Origin: Amoebophrya sp. A120 | Lineage: Eukaryota > Protista > Dinoflagellata | DNA: 64,000 nt | NCBI GenBank assembly: GCA_905178155.1 | Contig: CAJINV010000009.1 | Span: 1,103,415-1,167,414 of the forward strand | Direction of reading: 5' to 3' | In this document: piece after piece, positions 40,998-52,186 of the stretch | Position numbering within the stretch: the first letter of the stretch is position 1 | How the letters are laid out: every line of letters begins with the position of its first letter | Notes under the pieces: generated by a model | Database searches by the model: none | What the model was told of the DNA's origin: nothing | Seen by the model: only the letters and a program-made list of their open reading frames with translations | Program-made: the position numbers and the translations under genes

Positions 40998-43900
40998 TCA
41001 GATATCGTCTATGCCGCAAAATCATCTGCACCAGTCACGACAAAACACACGCGATCGCATTCTACTGCTTGCCCTTTATGTTTGCGAGATCGGCCTTGTC
41101 AAATTTCGTTGCCAAGGCCACCGCGATGTTGATTTCCTCGTCGTCGATGGCCCGACGGCTCGCGCTGGAACTGGACCCGCAGAAAATCATGTCGCTGCAC
41201 CGTCCCGCGCCGGAGGGGCGCACTTGCACCCCCCGCCCGTTGCCACCCGATCGCGAGTTCTCGATCACGGCCGGTCGGATCACGTGGTGCACCAACAACT
41301 CCGTCAGCTCCGTGATTTGTGCGGACTGCCTCTCCAGCAGTTCCTGCTGTTGATTTACCTTCTCGCTGAGCAGCTGCATCTCTTGCCTCTGGTTCATCAT
41401 CCGTGGCTGCTGGCCCTGTTGCACTATGCTCGTTGACTGTCTCTGTGGTGAGAAGGGCGTGGCTTCCCCCTCCGCAACCGGTATTCTCTTGTTCCCGCCC
41501 TGCATCGGTGGGGGCAGGGGCGGCGCGCCAGAATTCGAGCCCGTCTCGTCCCCATTTACCAAGGTGTGGATCTGTTTTTTTTTTCACGATAAAATGAGGA
41601 TTTTTCATGAGAACGCGTCAGCTCCTTTCCCTGCTAGTTCTACATCTACTGCGCTATTAAAGTCATCGAATCACAAAAGTTTTCGGAGGGAAAGGAAATT
41701 CATTGAAGTGCTTACGACATCAATTTGTTCGGATAACATGATGAAGATAAAGCAAGTGTCAAATAAAAGGAGCAACAGTAAGCACCTTGGTTTCCAAGTT
41801 CGCGATCTTATCGACCATCTCGGCGTGGTCGTCGCTGAGCATGGTGTAAAGGGCCTCCGTAGCGATCTCGTTGGGGATGACGATGTCGGTGGCGTTGTCT
41901 GTGTCTAGGATTGCGCTGCGGATGACACGCTCGCTCTGCCCCTGGGGGATGTCGGGGATCATCTGTTTCAGTTTCTTCGGCGTTATCATGCGCCCCTCGG
42001 TGCGGATGAAGGCTAGGGTTTTGTGGCCCGGCACGAAAAAGTCCGGGTCCTCCAGCGAGCAATCGTTGCCGGAATTTATGTAGCACTCGCACGGCCCGCG
42101 CACCACCATCCGCCACATGAAGGTGTAGGGAAAGACCTCATTCGTGCTGTCCACGGCCGCTTTGGTGCTGTTGCCCTTGCTCTTATGTGCGTCCTTGAGC
42201 GTCTCTTGGTGGGCCGCGAAGGCGAGCGCGTGCCGCTGTTCCAGCTCCCGGCGGACCAGGATCCGGCGGTTGGCCGACCCCACCATGCGGTCCAGGATCT
42301 CGTCCAATCGCAGCCGCTCGCGGCGCTTGGACCGCACGTACCGCCCGAAGCTCTCCATCGCTTGCGAAAACAGCGTCTCCGCCTTCGCCGTCTCGTCGCG
42401 CTTCACCTCCAGGTAGGTCTCGAGGATGATGGCCAGCAGCATGTTGAGCATGATCAAGACGATCAAGAGGTGGAAGAAGGTGAAGTAAACCGCCGTGCCG
42501 CTCCACGATACCTCCTTTAGCTGCCCGTAGTCAAAGTCCCCGGCCACCATGCGCCAACACGAAATGATGGCGCGCTGGACGGAACTGTACTCGTGCACGT
42601 AATTCCCGAACAGAAGGGTGCCGATGACCGCGAAGGACGCGAACACCGAGCCGAAGACGATCATGAAGTGCAGAATGTCGCTGGCCGCCTTCCAGATCGT
42701 GTTGGTGACCAGGCCCAGGCGCGGCTGCGCGGAAAAGCCCTTGAACATGCGGCACATGCTGATCACAATGTACAGGATCGACTGCAGCTGCGCGTCCGCC
42801 ACCAGCGCCATGTTGGTTTCCACGCGGTCGTACAGCTGCTCGCGCCGCGCGGATTCCACGAACCCGCCGTTCTTCACCAACTTGCCCAGGTCGTCCGCCG
42901 CTTCGTTCAACAACACAAACCGCGCGATCACGAACCCGGAACTGATCATGATGGACCAGTCGACCAGGTTCCAGATCCCCAGGTAGTTCGACAGGAATTT
43001 GTGCGTGTTGCCCCAGTAGATCAGCTGCCGGCGGATGTCCATCATTTCGGAAAACAGAATGTACAGGTTCATCAGCACCCAGAAAATGTCCACGAACAGC
43101 ACGAACTGCATGTCGTCGAAGTTGAACATGCGGCCAAAGTCCGTCAGCCACTGGCTGGTAACCGTCATCTGCTTCCGGATCTGGCCGCCGCGGTAGAAAA
43201 TGAAGTGCATGGTCACCATCGAGATCGCGCCGTACGCGCGGTTCACGTTCACAAAGTCGACCTCTATCTTGTACGTGTCCTCTTTGATGACGAAGTCCTC
43301 CTCCATCTTCTTCAGCTGCCGCTCCAGCTGCGCGGCCGTCTGGTCCAGCTGCAGGTAGATGGTCTCCTTGCTGCCGTCGAGGTCGAAGGACCCCACGGGC
43401 GCGAGCTCCGACACGTCCTTCATCGGGAACTGCGCGTGCACGCCATACGCGTCCGGGCTGCTGTAGCAGCCGATGCTGGTGTCCACGTTACCGGTGGTGG
43501 AAAACCCGGAAATAATGTCGGCGGGGAGGTACTCGGTGCAGTCGCTGCCCGGCCACACCGGGCTGGACCGGTGGATGTTGATGCGCACGTCCGTGGCAAT
43601 GTGGTTGAACCGCATCAGGTCCGACGACTTGATCACCGGGGGGGCCGGGGTCGTGCCAAGGGTCGAGTTGTAATAGTTGGCCATGCCGCCCAGCTTAAGC
43701 GCGCCCTGCTCGGAAGAAACGTAGCCGGAGGTCAGCATCAGGGGCACGAAACCCAACCGCATAAATGAGTACCAGTCGCCGAGGTTGTGCACATCGACGA
43801 ATCCCTTGATGCCCCAGGTATCTGTTGAGAAAGAATTTTGTTGAATATCTTCAGTAACCACTTGCTACATTTCATTCATCGGCGCACAAAAATCGTGTAG

Positions 43901-44814
43901 GTTCTTTGTCTACATACAATTTAAATTTTGGGTACATCAGGTACAGCCTACTACATTAATACCGTACCGGTTCACTTACTCGTGCTTTATTATCGTTCTT
44001 TGACGCAACCAAACAAAAAGCAAAATAGAAGCTATACTCGTCGCATCGATGGCGAAGTTCGCGTTTTCCTGGACCCAGTTGGTCATGGACTCGGAGATGT
44101 CCATCTGGTGCGGCACCGAGAAGTGCCAGAGCACGAGAAACGAGAAGATGACCACCAGGCCGATCGAGCAGGGCAGGGTGAGACAGGCCTGCTCGTCGTC
44201 CAGCTCCTTTTGCAGCCACTCAATGAGCTCGATCTCCTTGATCCCCTCGGTCCGGGAGACGTAGTCCGCCTGGCCCCGCTTCTGCTTGCTGGTGGCGAGC
44301 TCTTTCATCTTCCGCTGCAGCAGGGACTCCTTCTGCATGTCCCGCATGTAGCCGTCCGCCTGGTACCCCGTCAGCAAGTCGTTCGCCATCTGCTTCACCT
44401 GGGTCAAGCTCGCTGTGTAGTCCGCGGCTTCCGTGGGAACCAACTCCGCCGTGTATCACAGTGAAAAATGCCCCCACCCCCAAAGTTGCAAGAATTTGTG
44501 CTGCGAAGTTTCCAAATGAAAACTTTCTGTCATGCATGAAAGGAGTATGAATCTTTCCGATGCAGAGTCTTGGCGTATATCGCATCGCTTGCATGACGAG
44601 CGCCGCTCTTGCTGGGATCTTTTGCAATACAAATTTTTGCTCTTCACGATTGGAAATCTGTGATGCTGGTACATGGAAGAGGGCGAGTGTTTCATTTGCA
44701 AAGGTTTGCAATACAAATGCTCCCAAGTTTGGGAGTGGGGGGCATTTTTCATTGTAATACCGTGTCCCCGCGGTTGCCGCTGTTGTTCAGCACGGACTGC
44801 ACTAAGGCCGCCAT
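40998..44814 (-). CDS. Polycystin-2 (PKD2/TRPP)-like cation channel; exons 44814-44761, 44449-44038, 43821-41786, 41571-41073 (+41008-40998)
   Basis: TM1, a large extracellular loop, YLGIWNLVDWSIM, RMFKGFSAQPRLGLVTNTIWKAASDILHFMIVF, pore CWRMVAGDFDY, and S6 LIVLIMLNMLLAIILETY. Introns at 43822-44037 and 41572-41785 are GT-AG; the last intron is a possible GC-AG at 41009-41072. Confidence 0.9.
44454..44759. mobile_element. MITE-like introner acting as non-canonical intron 1 of the PKD2-like gene; ~70-bp imperfect TIR, 5-bp TSD CCGTG
   Basis: The left end TATCACAGTGAAAAATGCCCCCACCCCCAAAGTTG... matches the reverse complement of the right end, TATTACAATGAAAAATGCCCCCCACTCCCAAACTTG... CCGTG occurs at 44449-44453 and 44760-44764. 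Confidence 0.93.
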
Positions 44815-46533
44815 TTTTCCGACCGGTTCGCGACAAAAAAGGAAGTAGTACGGGTATAAAAAAAACTGCCGTGCAGCTTCGTTCTCTTCCGGTGTGTCTG
44901 TCTATTCGAGGATGGAGATGGACGCGATCAACTTACGACCAACTGAGAGGTCGGTGGCAGCACGCGCCACAGCGATTCTTCTCTTGCCCGTTGCCGTCTG
45001 TTGTCGTTCTTGCGCGGCAAAAAAAAACTTACAGCCCTGATGGAGGAAGATGGAAACTCCAGTCCTGATTAATCAGTGCGCCGGACGCACCAATCTGGAG
45101 AGGACATGCCATGTTGATTGTCATATTTTTGGAAGAGGTAGATGTAGTGGTAAAAAAATTGCTATGTATCAATCCTCGCCGTACTACTTCCGCCTGAAGC
45201 TATAGAAGGAGTAGAGTAGAATCTATCGTGTCTACACGCAACGAGGCACGGGGAGAGACGTACTAAAAAATGGGGGTCGTCAAAGCGAACCTGGATTTTC
45301 AATATGCAGCAAAGAAATGCGCAAACTAAAAGTATTAACTATGACCAGAAATTCAACGTAGTTCTTGACGAAAACTGCATTCTTGAAGCCGGACGATTTT
45401 GACGAACGCATAATTTGGAAATCACAAGATGAACTCGAAATACTCACTTTGGGCGTTTTTCGTTTTTGATTGCACGGTCACGTCAGACAGGACGAATACG
45501 AGATGACACCGATCTTGCGGCAAAAGGAAAACCGACCATTTGCTTGGAATGGACGTTAGAGCAGCCAGACGAACAACATTGAAGATTTGTGTCAACGAAA
45601 TATACATCGAAACCACCGAGTCGGCCCTATACGAGGAAAAGAAAAAGAGACGATGAAAGATGCTATTCTGCGCACGCCAGAAAATACGACTTCATGAAAT
45701 GACACCATCAACGAACAGAGGCGGAGATGAATCAGGTCCATGAAGGCTCGAGAATGATTACGCACTCCAACTGCCCGCGCAAGACACTGCAAAAAAGATC
45801 TTTAGCGGAGTGCTATCACAATGTCGGCTGTTTGTACGCTTTGTTGTCTATTGTCATTATCGTACCATTGAATCAGAGGAAGAAGAAAGACAATCACAAT
45901 TCCGCGAACAGAATCGCGGCCTGCTGATTGCTTTTGAAATGTTTTTCTCTTCTCTCCCGAAAAGCAAAGGAGAGAACCTCCGCTAAAATGAATTTCAAGA
46001 ACTTAGGTTTTGCGTTTATTTCAAAAGATGTTGTAGAAGGTATGACCAAGTTCTCCATTCATATTTCGCATCGCAGCATCCGAAGTACCACAGTACTTTC
46101 AGAAGGACGACGCTAGCTGCACTACTAGCCAGAAGACATTGCTTCTCACATGTAGTAGTCCTATTCCGATTGCGACAATCAGCAACATACAAGCACATCA
46201 AGAATGCGAGCGCCCCACACGATTGCCCCTAGAGTCTGAATACAGATACATTTTACTTAGTACTGGAAAATCACGTCTACCTCGCGCAATTGAAAATGCA
46301 TAGTCGCAATCGCGACATGCTCTCAAACTACCACTACCTGATTGGTAAGCTAGCCGGCGGCAAAGACTATTTGAGAGGAAAGCCTATGGGCTTTCATCGA
46401 AAAACCGCTTCGGCCGGCGTTCTCGAGAATCGTGATTCGGAAGGTATATTTCGTGAGCCATACGACGTAGGAGGTAAGCCGCGATGCGCAGGACATGGGC
46501 CCAGCTGCGTCTTTCTCCAATAATGATGCAACC

Positions 46534-46891
46534 TCATTCCGTCGCCTGCTCCTTGTACAGACTCACATCGACCTTCTGTGCCTCCCGAAACTCAGCGAAC
46601 TTTTCCTTCGCCAAGGCGAAGTACTCCTGTGAGAATACATGTTGCAGCTTTCACTCTGTATTCGTTTTGCTTGCACAAATGACTCATTCATGCACACGAA
46701 GTTGTACACTTTCACAGACAGGTGCTAAACAGAAAGCGCAAATGAAGATTCCTACATATTCATCAGTGTCTTACCTTGGCCTTCTCGTAGGCCTGGTCGT
46801 ACACCGGCTTCAGCTGCTCCGACTTGTAGACTCCAATACTAGTGCCCACACCAGCGCCGACAAGAAACTCGAAGCAGCCCAGGGTGCTCAT
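46534..46891 (-). CDS. Small single-TM protein (~69 aa) with a glycine-rich N-terminal helix, loosely STMP1/YtxH-like; 2 exons
   Basis: MSTLGCFEFLVGAGVGTSIGVYKSEQLKPVYDQAYEKAK, then a GTAAGA...CACAG intron, then EYFALAKEKFAEFREAQKVDVSLYKEQATE*. Confidence 0.65.
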
Positions 46892-47558
46892 CTTCTTGTG
46901 ATCTTTTGGTTCTGGTTGCAAGCAAGTACTTAGTTCGAAGCGTAATCGGTCACTTCTCGTGCTTAGTGAAATTGAGGAGAAATTTGAGAAAAGAGTGACT
47001 TTAGGTCGCGACTCACAGTCGAAGAGGATACTGCAGCAAAGCCTTGATACCCAATTTATATTTTTTTTCTCATCATGTAAATATAACTGCGCTCTTGCAC
47101 AGCAGCACCGACAGTGTCGCAGCGGCTGAAAAAAGGATTGCAGCTTAAAAAAGAAACAAATTCCTCGCAGCTTCTGATTTGAAAGTGAGCGCAAGTGCAT
47201 CTTCCAAAAAAAACACAAGCAGAAAAAACAACGACAGTGAGCAAACGCAGCCCTGAAAGAGAGCGCACCAAGAAAAAACTTTTTTCGATGAACATGAAGA
47301 CGCCCTCGGTTGTCTTTGACCATGATTTTTTTAATCTTTCAACTGACCTTCCAGAACACCAGGCTCATGAGCAAGACTCGGCGAGTTGCAGTGCGCTTTC
47401 TTTTATTTGTGTCCTTCTTGCTTAGGAATAACACGCGTCGTGTAAGTACTCGACTACCACATTCTTGTCTGCGATGTTCCCTAATTATGCTTTGCGTTTT
47501 CGTTCAAGAACTTTGCTGCTGCGCATCGAAAGTGAAAGTCCGCCATGCTTCGAATATA

Positions 47559-48252
47559 TTAGATTTGACCACAGTCGGCGACCACGACAGGCTGTGATGT
47601 TTGTCCGGATTCCGAGCCAACCAGCTCGATTTTTTTGACGACGTCCATCCCTTCGATTACTGAGCCAAACACGGTGTGTTTCCCATCCAGCCACGAGGTC
47701 TGGACTGTACAGAGGAAAAACTGGCTCCCATTCGTGTTCGGGCCCGCATTTGCCATCGACAGAATACCTGAGACAAAAATTCGTTTACATCCCCCCAATT
47801 CACACCAATTTTGAACTTTGTTACATAGATTCTATCAAGTCCAAGTGAAGTCGGCTTCTTGTAAGGCCATGTTGCTCCTCGCGAGGACTCGTTCGGTTAT
47901 TCAAAAGTACAAAAAAAAGAACAACAAGCAGGTTTATTTTGGTACCAGGCCCTGTGTGTGTGAGTGTGAAGTTCTCGTCTGCGAATTTGGCACCGTATAT
48001 GGATTCGCCCCCGGTGCCGTTGCCGACCGTAAAATCGCCACCCTGGCACATAAAATTTGGAATCACCCGGTGGAACTTGCTTCCTCGAAAGTGGAGGGCC
48101 TTGCCGCTTTTACCCATTCCCTTTTCGCCCGTGCACAGGGCGCGAAAGTTCTCCGCGGTCTTCGGACACACATCGGCGCGAAGCTCCATTACTATCCTTC
48201 CGCACGAATTCCCACCTATCGCCATGTCGAAATACACCTTTGGGTTGGCCAT
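47559..48252 (-). CDS. Cyclophilin (peptidyl-prolyl cis-trans isomerase, CyPA type); 2 exons
   Basis: Motifs [32 protein letters not shown] and [15 protein letters not shown]...WLDGKH. GT-AG intron at 47768-47945. Confidence 0.98.
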
Positions 48253-48998
48253 TTTTTCACTTGTCCTGACCTAGTCAGCAGAGCAGAATTCCAAGTAACT
48301 GAATCAAGGTGCCAGCACAGAGACAGACCGACGCGACTGTCGTAGTGGCGTCGAAAAATGAATCCTGAAATGACTACGACCACTTCCTGCTACACGTATA
48401 CACCAAGAAAAAGTAGAATAGGCAGCTTTGGAGATACATTAATGAAAGTGAACCATCAAGACCGAGAAGACCGTGATCAAATCGCTATTTTAGAAAAAAT
48501 GATTTTTCTGCTGGGTCACAGTGCTGGCGATTTGCGTTATTTGAACCGGGAACGTGAGATCGTGCCTCTTCACTGCAGCGGGATCTCAGGCTGACTTTAA
48601 TACTTATTTTCCTGCCGAACAACTTGCTGCGGATCGTGGCTCCGCTTCAAACAAAACGTGAATGCCGCATCGTATCCTGTGGACATTGTTGTTTTCCTGA
48701 CCAGATCGGAAGAAAGAAAAGCAAACAAGCTAAGAAGCCATACACAAACGAGGCAGAAGTTAGGACGGGTTCATCTTGGCGAATGCGGCAAATGCACGTT
48801 TTCCGTGGCTGCTGATCCTGCTCCCGATGAACAGCCCTTTGATATAATCTTCGAACGGTGCTTCCGACGTAGTTGCTACCCACAGCAAGTTGATTTTGAA
48901 AATTTCAAAGAATCTCAGAAGCACAACTTCTGTTTCGCGCCACATTTCGTCCGCATTGTGATTTTCCGTCGGGAAAATATGAAGTTTCGATTTTTGCA

Positions 48999-50649
48999 TC
49001 AGTAGTAGCTGAAACTTCTCCACTCTAAATCTGCGACTTCGTCCTCGAAATCGACAGCCGGAGAAAACGACGGATAGCACCTGGTACGCCTTTCCAGAAG
49101 GGTCTGGCTCTTGCGTGCGATCTCTCCTAGTGTGCTCCGAAGTTCACTCAGGTTCTCTTCCGCAGAGTGAAGAAGACACCCATCCGCTTTTATTTCTCTA
49201 CCACCTCCTGTATCGTCTTTTATGTTGTTGCCCGGCTTCTTGGTTCCGCGCACTAGAAGCCTGCTCAGGTCGCGGACCGCCTGGCAGACCAGCTTGTCCT
49301 CGTCAGATCGAGTATCTATTTTCGGAAAATGATCCAGTTGCGCAAGGGAACTTCGCTCTTCCGGAAAAGATGATAAGGCTTCCTCATCGCTCGTCTCGTC
49401 CGCTCGCTGACGATTTTCGGGAAGACCATCATCTATCCCACCACACGTTCCGACGTCCGTCTGGCTCACCTCTTGCAAAGCCACTTTCATTTTGCTCGGA
49501 GCCAAAATTCTATTCCGAATGAGACGCGGCTCATCACATCTGTTCTTCACACCTCTTCTAGACGCCTCTTGCATGTGTGCGTGGAAGTGCGGGGCGTCGC
49601 TATCTCGTGCGAAGGCTGAAAGCAACTCTCTCGAGATTCTGCCGTAAACAAGCCGAAGGACCCGATGATATCGGCTGCCGTCGCCGCTCGCATCTTGACC
49701 AAGCGCTGTATGTAGCTTTGCTTCAGCTTCTGCTTCGGGAAGGATTCGCATGATGCCAGTCACTGTCGCATGCAGATCCACCAGGTCCAGCCTGCGTGCC
49801 CCGAGTGCCGGTGCGCAGAACTGCGATGGACGCACAATCGGATGCATGTTTGCGACGTGGGGGAGGAAATAACTTGATCGTATTTATAGCAAGAGGGATA
49901 CTAGGGAATCGATCTGTTACGGGTGAACATGAACGTGAAGTATTGAAGGCACCACCGAGGGAGTGGTAGTAGCGTTGGAGGAAAAATGCACTGTATTTAT
50001 AGGCCAAAAAGCGCCTGTGGGAAGCATTGCTTAACGCAACGACAACATTGCTCAGCCGTGGGACAATAAAAATAATGCCTGCTCGGACTGGTGGAAACAC
50101 AATGGATCAGATCACATATACATGACACAACCGACAAAATGGAGATGCACAGCAATGTCCGAGTCCCACAGAATACCTGTGTAACTTCCGCGGAATCAGA
50201 AACAGAATCAGGTAATCACGATCTCATCAACCGAACATTTTGATTTTAGCCGAGGGAGCCTCGTGCATGTTTAGATTGATGACAGAGGCGAGTGAAACCG
50301 ATTCCGAAGAACCAGGAGATGACCGAATGAGATGAAGATCCATCAAGACGCGCATTGCATCAAAGTGTGTGCTCAACGCTCTGCGCTTCAAAGAGAGCGG
50401 ATACGCAGCCGGAGTCGCCGACCGCGATAAGAAGGAACACGCATCCAACCAACATGCTGCAGGAGAATGGCTCAGCAGGTGCCACCGCCTTCTTGTGGAG
50501 CTCTTTCTTTGTGTTTCCTGTGGCTCAAACAATCCGTGTGCGCATGCGTACCGCGTCCATTGATCACATCGCTCAATGTAAAAGACTCGTTTGCCAATAG
50601 CACTGGGCCAAGCGTAGACACTTTCCCTCTCAGGGCGTGAGTAGGCCAC
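48999..50649 (-). CDS. Hypothetical protein; exon structure unresolved
   Basis: Protein-like ORFs at 48999-49847 (282 aa) and 50227-50649 with intervening splice-like sites. The full phase chain was not established. Confidence 0.45.
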
Positions 50650-50879
50650 ACGTTCTCATTAACGCAAACGTCTCTCACACAAACAGGGATGTATTTATTT
50701 CTCTTATGTTCGACACAACAGATTGCTGATTCTAAACTCGTACGTGCCGTCATGTTCATTCTTCACGGACTCTTCCAACTGACCAGACACAACGTCTGGC
50801 TGTCTCCAGTCAGGAGTCCAAGCCCGTATGTGGATTCATCACCTTCCGTCGAAAAAGAAGTGTTGGAAGCAAGCCCGAT

Positions 50880-51365
50880 TTAGTCGAACAGATCGAACTC
50901 CATCTCCTCCTCCTCTTCTTCCACAACTTCTTCCTTCTTAGCCTCCGCAGCCGGAGCGTCGCCGCCCGCGGCAGCGCCGCCAGCTGCAGCACCACCGCCG
51001 CCGCCACCGAAGCCCTGGAGCTGCTCACGGCCCTTCGCGATCACTTCGTGAACGACCTTACCTGTTGTGCAGTGATTTTGAAAATTTTCAATTCAGCTGT
51101 GTCTTTAAATTTTCGTCGCCGACGAAGATGATGCTTCTCTTTTTATGTCCAATTGTGTGGGAATGAAACTGATACTTACATGCGATTACTTCCAAGACTC
51201 TTCACTAAAAAAAGTACCCTTCATCTCGGAGATGAGCTTGTCAGCCAAAGCCGAATCAAATTCGCCGCCGGCGGCTTCGATGATCTTCTTTAAATCAGCG
51301 GAGGTCGGCTCGTCCTTGCCGGACAGCACGGTGAGGAGGTAAGCGGAAACGTACTTGAGTCCCAT
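50880..51365 (-). CDS. RPLP2: 60S acidic ribosomal protein P2; 2 exons
   Basis: MGLKYVSAYLLTVLSGKDEPTSADLKKII...GKVVHEVIAKG...EEEEEEMEFDLFD*. GT-AG intron at 51062-51217. Confidence 0.97.
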
Positions 51366-52186
51366 TTTGAAGATGATGTGTCTATGACAACGACGTAGTT
51401 TAAACCACCAGGGGTCCAAAGTTGGCACTGTTATTCACATAGATTGAAAGTGATGAAGATATCAGTAGCAAGAACTCGTGTGTAGCATTGGGGAACTTCA
51501 ACGGCCATGGCAGATGGGCGCGCGGCATTCAGTGGATCGCGATTGGGAAGGGGAACATTTTTGATTTAGACTTGGGCTTTAAATTGATCAAGCTCATGCG
51601 CATGTTGATCTTCTCATTCTGTTGTTTTGGGAACTCTCTAGAATTGGATCTTTTCTTCAATAATCGAAGCTGAACATGAACCGACTCGCCTACATAGTCT
51701 TGAAGTGTAGAAGGGTTCTGAAGCAAATTTTTGGATCTTTAAGTTTCCTGTTGAGTTCTTCCTTGAGTCCATGGGCAACTAATTAAATACAAATACATTG
51801 ACAATGCCTTCACCATACCCTCCTTGAGGAACAACGCACAAAAAAATTTGATCGATCTGAGGGCAGCACCTTTTTATGCTCGAGCTTGGCGGGAATGAGC
51901 CATGCATGAGTTTTGCCTTTGATTTCTCACATGCTGCTAGCGTTCTTGCAGTGTAGTTTATGATGCAGGATTCGGATTTCCAAAATTTTCTAGCTTTAGA
52001 TTATTAAATTGGGACTTTAGCGTGTTTTGCCACGAGGAAAAAAAATGAATCATGTTGTGAGGGGTTTGTCTAAAAAAATTTTCGTGCAGAAGCAGTGTCG
52101 GGGAATTTCTTCTATAGTGATCGAGAATCTAGCGGCAGAACGATAACGTGTTACGAAACGCAGCCCGCTCCAGGTGAAAAGACGCA

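Noticed and set aside
2372-43768. Many long plus-strand ORFs (e.g. 42593-43768, 30877-31947, 28993-29988)
   Set aside because: These are antisense shadows of GC-rich minus-strand exons with no recognisable domains.
45030-45100. Three-way hairpin (CTCCAG...CTGGAG, CTGATTAATCAG, GTGCG/CGCAC) resembling a hammerhead ribozyme
   Set aside because: The CUGAnGA and GAAA core is not present in the required arrangement on either strand.
51836-52087. Weak inverted repeat GCAC(A/G)AAAA around CATG-rich intergenic DNA
   Set aside because: Too short and low in complexity, with no TSD.
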